Assembly: GCA_051453625.1 (NCBI GenBank)
Contig: JBOZIK010000001.1
Coordinates: 36,850,072-36,870,071 of the forward strand
From: Welwitschia mirabilis
Lineage: Eukaryota
Direction: 5' to 3'
DNA length: 20,000 nucleotides
Shown here: positions 1 to 10,201 of the stretch, piece after piece
Position numbering within the stretch: position 1 is the first letter of the stretch
Layout: each line of letters starts with the position of its first letter
The notes under the pieces: generated by a model
What the model was told of the DNA's origin: nothing
Database searches by the model: none
The model's input: only the letters and a program-made list of their open reading frames with translations
Translations under genes and position numbers: made by a program

Positions 1-3
1 TTG

Positions 4-8
4 GGTTT
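4..8. repeat. Left 5-bp target-site duplication GGTTT
   Basis: GGTTT immediately precedes the TG at 9 and recurs at 2480-2484. Confidence 0.85.
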
Positions 9-151
9 TGTTGCGACGCCAACTTAAGTGTATTTGATAAGGTATTTTGCGTTGTTTTGCAGATAAACTAATAGATAAATGCTCAGTTTCTATGATAACT
101 GAGAATCTAGGAGCACAAGATAAAAACATGCAGTTTATCAGATAATTCACA

Positions 152-659
152 AAGATTTTCTATAGATATGGATAAATTGTATTTTCAAATGATTATTCCT
201 GCAAACAACCTGATATCACACTGACAAAGAATGAGTAGAAGACAAAGAATGAGTAGAAGACTATCATCCCCCATGTCATCCAGACGACAGTCAGGACGAC
301 AATCCTAATTGGACATATAACAGACTTAATTCCATATAACTTGCAGATTGAACTGAACATCTTCTCGTTAGACTCCATTATCCATCTCATTGTCCAGACG
401 ACACTAGTGGACAACATTTTTAGAACCAGTTGACAGGACTTCGCATACAGATCATAGATAGTTAAACTAGAAGCAAACTAGATAACTCATTGTAAAACTC
501 TATTGTCTCCTCCATCATTCGGACAACCACCTAGATGACACTGTTACCCCACACTTTCATAGATTGTATTCCTGAGTTGTTGCTTGTTAATTGTGAGTTT
601 CCCTTTCATGTTAGCTATAGTTTCTTTTATGCTTTTCTGTTAGTCCCTTTTCCCTTTCT
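152..659 (+). repeat. LTR U3-like segment, copy 1
   Basis: Aligns colinearly with 1420-1910 (e.g. GATAAATTGTATTTTCA, GATATCACACTGACAA, GATAACTCATTGTAAA) and with 992-1318. Confidence 0.9.
223..258 (+). repeat. Perfect 18-bp tandem duplication (GACAAAGAATGAGTAGAA x2)
   Basis: Units at 223-240 and 241-258. Copy 3 has a single unit at the homologous site (about 1491-1508). Confidence 0.95.
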
Positions 660-991
660 NNNNNNNNNNNNNNNNNNNNNNNNNNNNNNNNNNNNNNNNN
701 NNNNNNNNNNNNNNNNNNNNNNNNNNNNNNNNNNNNNNNNNNNNNNNNNNNNNNNNNNNNNNNNNNNNNNNNNNNNNNNNNNNNNNNNNNNNNNNNNNNN
801 NNNNNNNNNNNNNNNNNNNNNNNNNNNNNNNNNNNNNNNNNNNNNNNNNNNNNNNNNNNNNNNNNNNNNNNNNNNNNNNNNNNNNNNNNNNNNNNNNNNN
901 NNNNNNNNNNNNNNNNNNNNNNNNNNNNNNNNNNNNNNNNNNNNNNNNNNNNNNNNNNNNNNNNNNNNNNNNNNNNNNNNNNNNNNNNNNN
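660..991. other. Assembly gap (332 N)
   Basis: Run of N. Confidence 1.
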
Positions 992-1318
992 GACGAGTAG
1001 AATAATGTCATCCCCTATGTCGTCCAGACAACAGATCACAGACTTAATTCGACAACCTTAGTTTGACAGATCATAGACTTAATTCTAGATAGCTTGCAGT
1101 TGAAGTAAACATCTTATCATCAGAGTTCATCGTCCACCTCATCATCCAGATAACACTAGTGGACGACATCTCCAATTTCAGTCGACAACAGTTTGCATGA
1201 AGATCAGAGAGAGTTAAACTGGAAGCAAACTAGATAACTCATTGTAAATCCCTGTCGTTTCCTCAATCGTCCAGAGGACCACCTGGACGACACTGTCCTC
1301 TAATACTTTTACACATTA
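992..1318 (+). repeat. LTR U3-like segment, copy 2 (partial, between two gaps)
   Basis: Shares CACTAGTGGAC, GAAGCAAACTAGATAACTCATTGTAAA and ATACTTTTACACATT with copy 1 and/or copy 3. Confidence 0.9.
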
Positions 1319-1418
1319 NNNNNNNNNNNNNNNNNNNNNNNNNNNNNNNNNNNNNNNNNNNNNNNNNNNNNNNNNNNNNNNNNNNNNNNNNNNNNNNNNN
1401 NNNNNNNNNNNNNNNNNN
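1319..1418. other. Assembly gap (exactly 100 N, the usual placeholder for unknown size)
   Basis: Run of 100 N. Confidence 1.
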
Positions 1419-1419
1419 G

Positions 1420-1910
1420 AAGATTTCCTATAGATATAGATAAATTGTATTTTCAGATGATTATTCCAGCAAACAACCAGATATCACACTGACAACGGAT
1501 GATTAGAAGACTGTCGTCTCCTATGTCATCCAGACGACAGCCAGGACGACAACCCTAGTTCGACAGAAGACACACTTAATTTTAGATAGCTTGCAGATGA
1601 AGTGAAGTTCTTATCATCAGAGTCCATCATCCACCTCATTGTCCAGACGACTCTAGTGGACGACATCTCCAGAATCAGTCGACAACAGTTTGCATGCAGA
1701 TTACAGATAGATGAAGTGGAAGCAAATTAAGATAACTCATTGTAAAACCCTGTCGTCTCCTCCATCGTCTGGATGACCAACTGGACGACACTCCCCTCTG
1801 ATACTTTTACACATTGTATTTCTGAGTTGTCACCAGTTATTTGTGACTTTCCCTTTCTTCATAGTTAGAGTTTATCTTATACTTTTCTGTTAGTCTCTTT
1901 ATCCTTTTCG
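1420..1910 (+). repeat. LTR U3-like segment, copy 3, continuing into the TATA/R/U5-like part of the LTR
   Basis: Colinear with 152-659. This is the only copy that continues to the TATA box and the CGCAACA terminus. Confidence 0.9.
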
Positions 1911-1912
1911 CC

Positions 1913-1920
1913 TATAAATA
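1913..1920 (+). promoter_or_regulatory. LTR TATA box
   Basis: CCTATAAATAAAGG inside the TSD-bounded LTR, followed by a pyrimidine-rich stretch, as is typical of plant LTR promoters. Confidence 0.65.
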
Positions 1921-2479
1921 AAGGTCTCCCCCTCGATCCCTAATCATCTTCAATAGTACCTGACTTTCTCATGACAGGAGATCTTGGGACCGGAGAACCA
2001 TCTAGTAATCCAGAGAAACGTTACCTTGGTGTTGGGCAGCGTATCCTCCATTGAGGAACGACTACTTTGTGATACAGATGTTATTTTATCTTTAATATGA
2101 ATTTCTCTTAATAATTGCAGGAACTTATCCCTCATAGTTTATATTGTTTTAGATTCATGACAGGTTTCTCTATTTATATAGATTATGAGGGTAGCCTTCG
2201 TTAAGGTTGAGCTTAGCTAGATTAGGTGCATTACTATTTACTTTTATAGATTAGTCTTGCATTGCTTTTCTATTTCATGCATTGCAATTTTAATTTAATA
2301 GATTAAAGTTACACATTTCATTTCTGAAATCAACTCTTTATTGTCCATACCATTGGCCTTCGATAGAATTACGACATTCGAATCACTCCGTCTATACTAG
2401 CGTGTCGTATTTTGCATCTTATTATAATTAACAGGATTGAAATTAAACATGAACTATTGCACAAATACACACCGCAACA

Positions 2480-2484
2480 GGTTT
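2480..2484. repeat. Right 5-bp target-site duplication GGTTT
   Basis: GGTTT immediately follows the CA at 2478-2479 and matches 4-8. Confidence 0.85.
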
Positions 2485-5400
2485 ATTTAATTGCATCTAG
2501 CTATGGACACTCACTCACAATGTAGCTCTAATGATTAATTTATAGTAGATTTAACTACAGTAGAGTTATAAATGCTCATTTTTAATGGAGCACTAACTTA
2601 TCTATTTACAACATGTTTAACTTTATTAGAAGAAGGTGCCACAACATTGAATTCTTAATATGGTCAAATGCTTAAAAGATATCACTTATGATTGTAAAAG
2701 GATAAGATTGGAAAAGAACTTAAGATGGGAGTGGATACTTTTTTTGAATTACTTATTTTAACATTTGGTACTTAAGATCTTTTACTACTCTTGATTAGTA
2801 TGAATTTAATTTATCAATGCCTTACCTTATTTTAACTTAGATCCATAATTAAATAAACTTTTTTGGTTCATTACTTTAGTTTTGTAGTTTTATTTATTCA
2901 TATCATACATGGTAGAGTAATAGTTGAATTTTTATTTCCATCCATTTACCATTTCATACCATATGCATTTATCCTTTCATATCTATGAGAAGTATACTTA
3001 AAGGTATATTTGTATGTGTTGTGATGAAACATTCCCTTCCATAAATTAGACTAAGACTTAGATAGTTTAAAATATCATTAGGACTAAAAGGCTCTAATTT
3101 TACTAAATTTTTATTATAAGACTTCCTGTCATTTCATCAGTTTACCCATTACACTTCTGTAACCATCACATCATCACCTATTCATCATTCGAAATCCATA
3201 ATCATCTACCATATAAAACAAGTTAGGCCATGAGACCTTATAGGTGTCATCATCCATTTCCTTCTATTCATCTCATGCTTCTTTACATAGATTCTTATTT
3301 TGATCCAAATCATCTTAGATTGTTTACAAGTCATTATCTTTCACAAAAACATACTATGAGTTGGTTTTCATCCATTTTTCATCTCATTTTAGCACTCCTT
3401 TCGTTATCTTTATTTTCATTTTTTTTTTAATTTCTACCCCTTTTTCCTATTAACTTTTTATCTTTCTTCTTTCTTCCTTTACTCTATAATAATCATTTGT
3501 GAAAACTTAATACTTAGAAATTACTCATGAAATTCCCTTCCACTACATGCATATTTAACATGTTCTCTTTTTTCCCTTTGCATTATAGATTATTTTATTT
3601 CTTTGCATATTTATCTTTTCTAATAAAATGACACTTCATGAATAATGCATTCTAAAGATGTGATAACATGTTCTCAAAATTATATTAAATTTTTCGATTT
3701 TCTAAAATTTAAGAACACAGTTTAGTTGCTATTAAGGGATATGACATTTATTTTTCATAGAATTTTTTTGAATTTTGATGCCTTATTTTTTAAAATTGGT
3801 TGAAAATTTTTAAAATATATATCATTTTCTATATTTGGGTATTTTTCCTTAAATAACATTTTCTTGTTAATAATTGTTTATCAACATTTTCCTAAAAATC
3901 TAGTAAAAGTTTAGTTAGGAGGTGTGTTAACATGCAAAAATTGATTTTCAGACCAAGTATATTTGATCAATATACTTAGATGAAGATATTAAAATAATCA
4001 TTTTATCATAAAATTATGTCTTATACCCTTTTTTATATGATTTGTAAATCAATGCATTTTCTATAACAATTTTAGGTAATTTGATGCATTCTACAAGACA
4101 TACTGAATTTGAAGACAATCAAGTAAAAAGTGTCAGTGCTACCATTGTAACCACTAGCACCACCAGTTCTTTAGAGAAAAATAATGCAAATACTACATTA
4201 TAAACTTGTCATGTCAAATTAATTACATTCTACTTGAGGTCTTAGTTAGAAATTAAATCAGAAATAACCATCAAATTTAATAACATATGGTGAAGGCATA
4301 AAATAAAACGTGGTTGTGACATTGGTAGTGACAAGTATGATGACATCAGAAGACATATGGCAATCACACCAGATGATAAAAGCAAAGGCTACATCATCAC
4401 TACTTTCATAAGAAAACAAAGATTTTCCTTAAAGCTCATAACAAAAATTATAACCTTTCAAATTATAATAGTCCATAGTGTAATCCTTTTAATTCTAACC
4501 ACTACCAACCACTATAAGCCAAAGGCTTTTAACCACTTATACTTTCATACATGCCTATAACATGGCCTTAATCTTTCATTGTAAAAGATATTTGGTTAGG
4601 CAAACATAGTCAAAATTCCTTAAAGCATCATGTCAACATGGCTTTCTAAGCACCTCCTTTGAGAGTGAACTTATTTTGAGTCTAGTTCAAGGAGTCTATA
4701 TTAACTTTATCTTTTTACTTTGATGTAATGTATTTTTTGTTTTATCATTAAGTTAGTTATTCATTCTTCAATTTGTTATATGCATAACTTGTACTTTTAA
4801 TCCTTAAGTGAGACTACATTATCAAGTTTTTTCAATGCTGAGTGAATTCTTTAAGTTAGCATATTGGTTATAGTTTCTTTCATTCACTATATTTTAAGTG
4901 CAATTATCCTTATTTTTCATGCTTATACATGGATATGGAGAATCAAAGTGACTATCAAATTTATCAATAGTTATGTGATCACCCCAAGCCATTGTGACTT
5001 GATAATTTTATTTTGTTTTAGTAAAGTTATATGATATTATTGTAGTAAAGGTATGTTATTAGATAATTCAAGCTAGACTTTTAAAGCTTTTTGGTTTCCT
5101 TACTTTACCAATTAATGTTTATCTCAATCTCAACTCCTAATTTTTAATTGTTTTAATTTTATTATAAGAGTGATAATCTTATGTTACAATCTGGGAAGTG
5201 TTTGCCACTAACCTCTTCTCTGATAAGCACATATTCTCCACCTAATTTTTAAGCATCTAAAGAAAGTCAATCATAGAATTGTTCCTCTACCTCATGTTAA
5301 GCCATACAGTATAAATCAAATTATATAAATCTTAAGTGGGGAAGACTATTCACATTATGGAGGACAATGTGAAATGAAGCGAGCAGCATGGCTACACTTA

Positions 5401-6528
5401 AAGTCCCACATAAAGTCTATTACCTTAAAGTGATAATGAGTGTAAACATCATTCAAGAAAGATGGATGTGTGACCTATGTATGCAGTAGGCTAGAGAGAG
5501 ATTGATACTCTTCTAATTGGTTCATCAATTCCTTAATCTTTAAATATAGGGCCTCCACCACTGATAATAACATGGTATGATACTTAATCTTACTCATTAA
5601 CTATAGGTTATGGAGCCATAAGTAGATGATGAGAAGGCTCTAGAGATTAATGAGTGACTAGTAGACTCTAACTTAGAGGCTAAAAATTAAGGGTTGAATA
5701 TGACATATCCTTCTAATCCATTAATGCATCAAACTCATTAAAAACCTTACTCTGTTGAGACTCAGAGAGAAACAGTAAATTCATAAATATGCCAATGGAA
5801 GGAATAGAAGAAAATGAGTTACTTATTACTACATAATTCTCCATTAGCTTGCATAAAAAAGGGTTCTCTAGAGGTTATGGATTAAACTCCAGATCATCCT
5901 AGACTACTGTTTCAAAGCATGGAATCTAAAACAAAATTAAAGATAAAACATTATGTAAAAATATCATACTAAGTAAAAATAATAATTAAAAAAGGTAAAA
6001 AAGAGAACCAAGATAATACCCATGAGGCCAATGTTGTTAAGAAAAGCTAAGGGTAGTTTCTTCTTCTTCTAGTTCCTTGGACACTAGATGGTTAATTGGA
6101 GCTTTCTTCCATTTTTGGCAAGAAGAGTCACATGATCCTGAAGTCTTAGTCGTCCACAAACAATAATAAATAGAAAAAAATTCATCAAAAATACACTTAT
6201 TATTCAAAATTTTAATACAATGATTTATACCTCATATTAAATAGAAAAAGTACCCTAAGATGTTCCTCTAGGTTGATAGTCCCAAAAACCTTCATCCTAT
6301 AAAGATGAGAAAGAATAAGAATGAAGTAAGGATTAAGCAGGAATTTCGTAAGGAGGTAAAATCAAAGATGGATCTACATCTGAAGATCTAAAGGGTTATA
6401 GGTTACTAAAACCCATGAAAGATAGCTACAAACCCAAGAAGGATGTACATGCAAAAATACTTACCCCTATCATCATTTTGCTTCAAATGAGTCAACTGAG
6501 AAAGAGTGGTGGAACAGACGATAGAGGC

Positions 6529-7000
6529 TCAATCCAAGAAAATTCCACTAACTAAAAATGGCAATAAATAAATTATATGAGTAGGGATTTCACTCCACGC
6601 ATGAAGGAAGGCCCTACCTGCAATCAATTTCTCAAACATTGCAAAATATGGGGTAGTGAAATTGGTAGTAGATAATCCATAGTAGTATGTATCCACCTCC
6701 CACATGCATACAAAATTATCTAAGCAATTAGTCATGGAATAATGTAATTCTTTATCAGAGCAAGAGATCTTAGGAGAAACATAGTTACCTTGGCTTAATC
6801 TAAACACCAACCTTATACTTTCTTCTGAAACCTAGATCAATTCATATTGAGAATGGATGACAGTAGTTGTATAAGGATTGAAGGAAGAATTTAAAAAATC
6901 AAGAATAAAGAGAATAGTAGGATGGTGAAGTTGAAAGGAAGAAAAACCACATAAATCTATAAGTTTAGAAGAGAATATCCACAAGAAATCCTGCTCTATA
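6529..7000 (-). pseudogene. Degenerate Transposase_28 (PF04195)-like accessory ORF, of the kind carried antisense in the 3' region of Tat/Retand elements
   Basis: Manual minus-strand translation from about 7000 gives YRAGF, then after a frameshift KLIDLCGFSSFQLHHPTILFILDF. This resembles the AGLRFP...LL..xGI.P.QL.PN.I..I..F core of that family. Downstream is the 93-aa ORF (…ISCSDKELHY…). Match made by eye only. Confidence 0.4.
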
Positions 7001-7294
7001 GATCATTGTTAAATTTCCAACTCAGTAGTCCTAACATTTGTAAATTCCAAGAAATGACAGGACAAATTCTTTGGGTCATACCTTGATATGAAGATGCTAT
7101 AAGTGAAAGCATTGGGAAATAACTTGTATTTATAAATAATGTGAACAATAAAAGACCTACATAAAATATATAAAAATCACTAAAAAATAATATAAAGGTG
7201 TCACATGAAAGAACGATAGTAAAAGAGGAAAAAAGAGCTATCAATTAACTAGGAATCATGAGGAAAATGAGGTAAAAATGAGGGGTACATAGGG

Positions 7295-7302
7295 TATTTA
7301 TA
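7295..7302 (-). promoter_or_regulatory. Minus-strand TATA box (CTATAAATACCC) upstream of the antisense ORF relic
   Basis: The + strand reads GGGTATTTATAG at 7292-7303. On the minus strand it is followed by a pyrimidine-rich leader and points toward the 6529-7000 relic. Confidence 0.5.
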
Positions 7303-7445
7303 GTAGTTAACCAAGGGATAACTAAACCATAAGAGTAAAGTTAACTATAGTTAAACTAAAGTTAACTAACCTAGAGTTGAAGGAAGAAAACTAAAGTTAC
7401 CTCACAATACTAGGTCCCATGACAATAGCACATACTAGAGGGTTA

Positions 7446-8352
7446 ATGTCATACTTAAGAGGTTGATGTCACACTCAGAAGTCCAATATCGCACTTAAGT
7501 ACCGCATGTCACACTTTCCTCTTATGTACCTTTGACAAATTTCACTCTACTTTGGAATTAACTGTGCTCTTTTAGCCTATTTCATATTGAGGTCTTGACA
7601 TCACACTTTAATCTTTAATGTCGTACCTAGGTATTCAACATTACACTTGGATGCCTGACATCGCACTTGCCTCCATAAGCTTCTGGCACCTCTTGCTCAC
7701 TTTTGACATCATTCATTTTACTCTTGCCTACTATGTTAAAAGTCTTTGATGTTGCATTTGGATGTCCAATGTTATCCTTAAGTATCTAACATCATACTTG
7801 TCCATGCAAGGCTCTAACACCTTGCATCAGTTATTCCAATCTAAATCAACACTATGATGAAGACTTTGACATTGCACTTAAATGCTTAATGTTGTACTTA
7901 GTTGTTTGACATTGCACTTAAGTACCCAATGTCATACTTGAACCCATAGCACTTCGGCACCTCTTGCAAGGTCCCAGCACTTCGCATGCCATTAGGACAT
8001 GATTCTTGGAGAAAGATTTGATGTCATACTTGAATGCTAGATATCACACTTGAGTGTTTGATGTCATACTTGCCTCTATAAGACTCCAAAAATACCCACT
8101 TAACCTCAACATTAATCATGTTGCTTCAACTTGCATATGACAATAATCTCCGATATTGCACTGGGGTATCCCACATTACTTGAATGTTTGACATTACACT
8201 TACTCCTGTAATATCTTGATACTTCTTGTTTAACTTTGGTAGTTACCACATCACCCATTCTCCCTCCATAATAAATCTATGAAGTTGCATAAGCATGTCT
8301 GATGTCACACTTGATTGTCCAACATTACACTTGAATACCCAATGTTGCACTT
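7446..8352. repeat. Higher-order tandem array: 7 clusters of 3-4 x 20-bp units separated by related linkers
   Basis: Unit core AYRTYRYACTT starts at 7446/7466/7486/7506, 7598/7618/7638/7658, 7749/7769/7789, 7869/7889/7909/7929, 8021/8041/8061, 8153/8173/8191 and 8282/8302/8322/8342. Several linkers share GCCTCCATAAG..GGCACCTCTTGC-like sequence. Confidence 0.9.
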
Positions 8353-8919
8353 TGATTATGACACATATGTATCATTCAAGATCACACTTGGGACACTTAG
8401 TAACACACTTCCTTAACAATTACTACAAAAGGGGATCCACATCATTAAGGATTATTATGATAACTATTAACATCCCTTCTAACTTTTTTTCTAACTATCA
8501 TTTAGTTATAGGTACCTAACTTTTTTAATAACACTATAAAAAAGGACATAATTCCACTAGAAAAAGCATATACTACTCTCAAAATAAAAAGTTAAAATGG
8601 AAAGGGGTGTGAGTCCAAGGGGATATTAAACCAACTAGTGCATTATGAAATACCAAGTGAATGAATAAATGATTAAAATAAAAACCTAACTTAACCACAT
8701 TTGCTTACAAAATAAAATCCTTACCAGTAGGATTAATAACCTTCTCTTTCATCTAGAAGAAAGATTAATCAAACAAAATCTAAGGGCATACTAATAACAA
8801 CCATCTACATTGGGACAACATAGTGTAACTGGCAAAGTCGACATTCCAAACATCTAGATAGATAAAACTTTTAAACATAGAAGTAAATATGTATGCCTTT
8901 CTATTAAATTGAGCAAACA

Positions 8920-9590
8920 ACTCCAACATAGAACAACTGGAAGAAGAAGAGATTACCAAAATGATATGCCTTAAAATGTATGAAGGTAAAGCAAGGATAA
9001 GTAAAGAAGCCATTTCCTAAATTTAACAAATAAAAAACTTCTTTGACCTTTGAAATGTTTCATGAGAATACTGATGTGCATATATTGACATCTTTCTTAT
9101 TAAAAATGCATAAGAATGGTGGTCTAGATGTCAATATAAACATCCTTAATGAGTACCTTGGCATACCTTTGTTGATAAATTTAAAATGAAATTCATTCCT
9201 GAATACTTCATAGAAGATTAAATGATGGAATTCTAATGCCTCTACTTAGGAAAATGCCCCTTAGATAAACACTGATTTGAATTCTAGCATCTTATGAAAT
9301 ACTAAAAGAACTTCATAGAGAAGTAGTTAATTAACAGTTTCAGTGAAACTCTACCACTTAAACTCAAAAGCATCCTCTACACCTTAGAAATCAAATCCAC
9401 TGAAGATTCCTACTATAAAATAAAACATTACCTTGAAAGGCAAGAAAATTGATGCCATGAGCCTCACCACTTGCAAGTAAATAGACCCAACATAACCAAC
9501 ATTTCATTGGCACATGAAACATTTATAATCAACATTACTTACCATTAATCCCACCAGAAGGGTTACATTGTCAAAAATTATCTACCCAAA
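8920..9590 (+). pseudogene. gag: gag relic with a decayed CCHC zinc knuckle
   Basis: MYEGK..EAIS*I*QIKNFFD, then NA*EWW, then after a frameshift PWHTFVDKFKMKFIPEYFIED*MMEF*CLYLG. Positions 9540-9581 read Y-H-*-S-HQKG-Y-IVKN-Y, the exact C-x2-C-x4-H-x4-C spacing with the ligands mutated. Confidence 0.75.
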
Positions 9591-9749
9591 GCTTGAGCAC
9601 TAAATCTCCCTTAGAACAATTAGCCTTAAGCCTTATAGAATTTAGTCGCATAACCAAAAAGGGTGTATATCACCATCTAAATAGGTGTAATTCATAACTA
9701 GTACTCTATCTTAGAATTACATGGTTAAATTTCAACTTTCTTTATTTTA

Positions 9750-10020
9750 TTTCTAGTAAATAGTAATACCTTTTACAATTTCATTTCTCTAGCATTATTT
9801 TATAAATTAAACATCACCCTGTTCAAGGAATAAAAATATACCATAGGAATTACAAGGGCTAGTTTTTTTACACATGATAGAACTATCACTGTCATTAATT
9901 ATACCATTCATGACTCACATTTTAGGAATAAGTTTTATGTCTTTTATGTTAGAGAATATCATGCCATTTTTGGTATTTCATTCTTAATTAAATATAATGT
10001 GCGAATCAATTTTGGCTAAT
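9750..10020 (+). pseudogene. pol: Retropepsin-like aspartic protease relic
   Basis: 9753-9788 reads LVNSNTFYNFIS (compare LVDSGASHNFIS). About 9953-10012 reads EYHAIFGISFLIKYNVRINF (compare YDAILGMDWL..HNA.IDF). Confidence 0.7.
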
Positions 10021-10201
10021 GCACCCTCCTACTAATAACTTCATTTGAAGAATAAATCTTAAAGAGGAAGGGAAGGAATAAGAAGATATCTTTGACCTCA
10101 CCTAATCATATTTTAAAAGTACTCAAAATAAACTAAGTCTTCATTACCCTAATTTAAGTAGAAATTGTAAAGAGAATCCCACATTACTAGTAGAATTATG
10201 A

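Larger units (their letters stand above)
9..2479 (+). mobile_element. LTR-retrotransposon insertion: a solo LTR, or a full-length element collapsed across assembly gaps
   Basis: Starts TGTTGCG (9-15) and ends CGCAACA (2473-2479), a perfect 7-bp terminal inverted repeat with canonical TG...CA ends. Identical GGTTT flanks at 4-8 and 2480-2484. An internal TATAAATA at 1913-1920 suggests + orientation. No coding relics seen in the sequenced part. Confidence 0.85.

Noticed and set aside
535..1039. Three longest ORFs in the supplied track (156, 142 and 123 aa)
   Set aside because: They are open only because they run through the 332-N gap.
3230..4560. Short ORFs at 3230-3430 and 4357-4560
   Set aside because: They are short, with the F/L/S/I/T-rich composition expected by chance from AT-rich DNA, and contain no motifs. 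The same applies to the ORFs at 193, 1950, 6996, 8295, 13579 and 19533.
2485..5200. Possible Athila-like or other LTR fragments
   Set aside because: Only a vague compositional resemblance. I could not establish termini, a TSD or a protein motif.
7446..8352. CRISPR-like repeat/spacer appearance
   Set aside because: The repeats are degenerate and clustered in tandem, the linkers are related to each other rather than unique, there are no cas genes, and the context is eukaryotic retroelement DNA.
8640..8660. Minus-strand PBS look-alike (GCATTATGAAATACCAAGTG versus GCTCTGATACCA)
   Set aside because: It needs indels to align and is in the wrong orientation for the adjacent + strand gag.
8780..9013. 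77-aa minus-strand ORF
   Set aside because: It is antisense to the gag relic and its upstream region, and has no recognisable domain.
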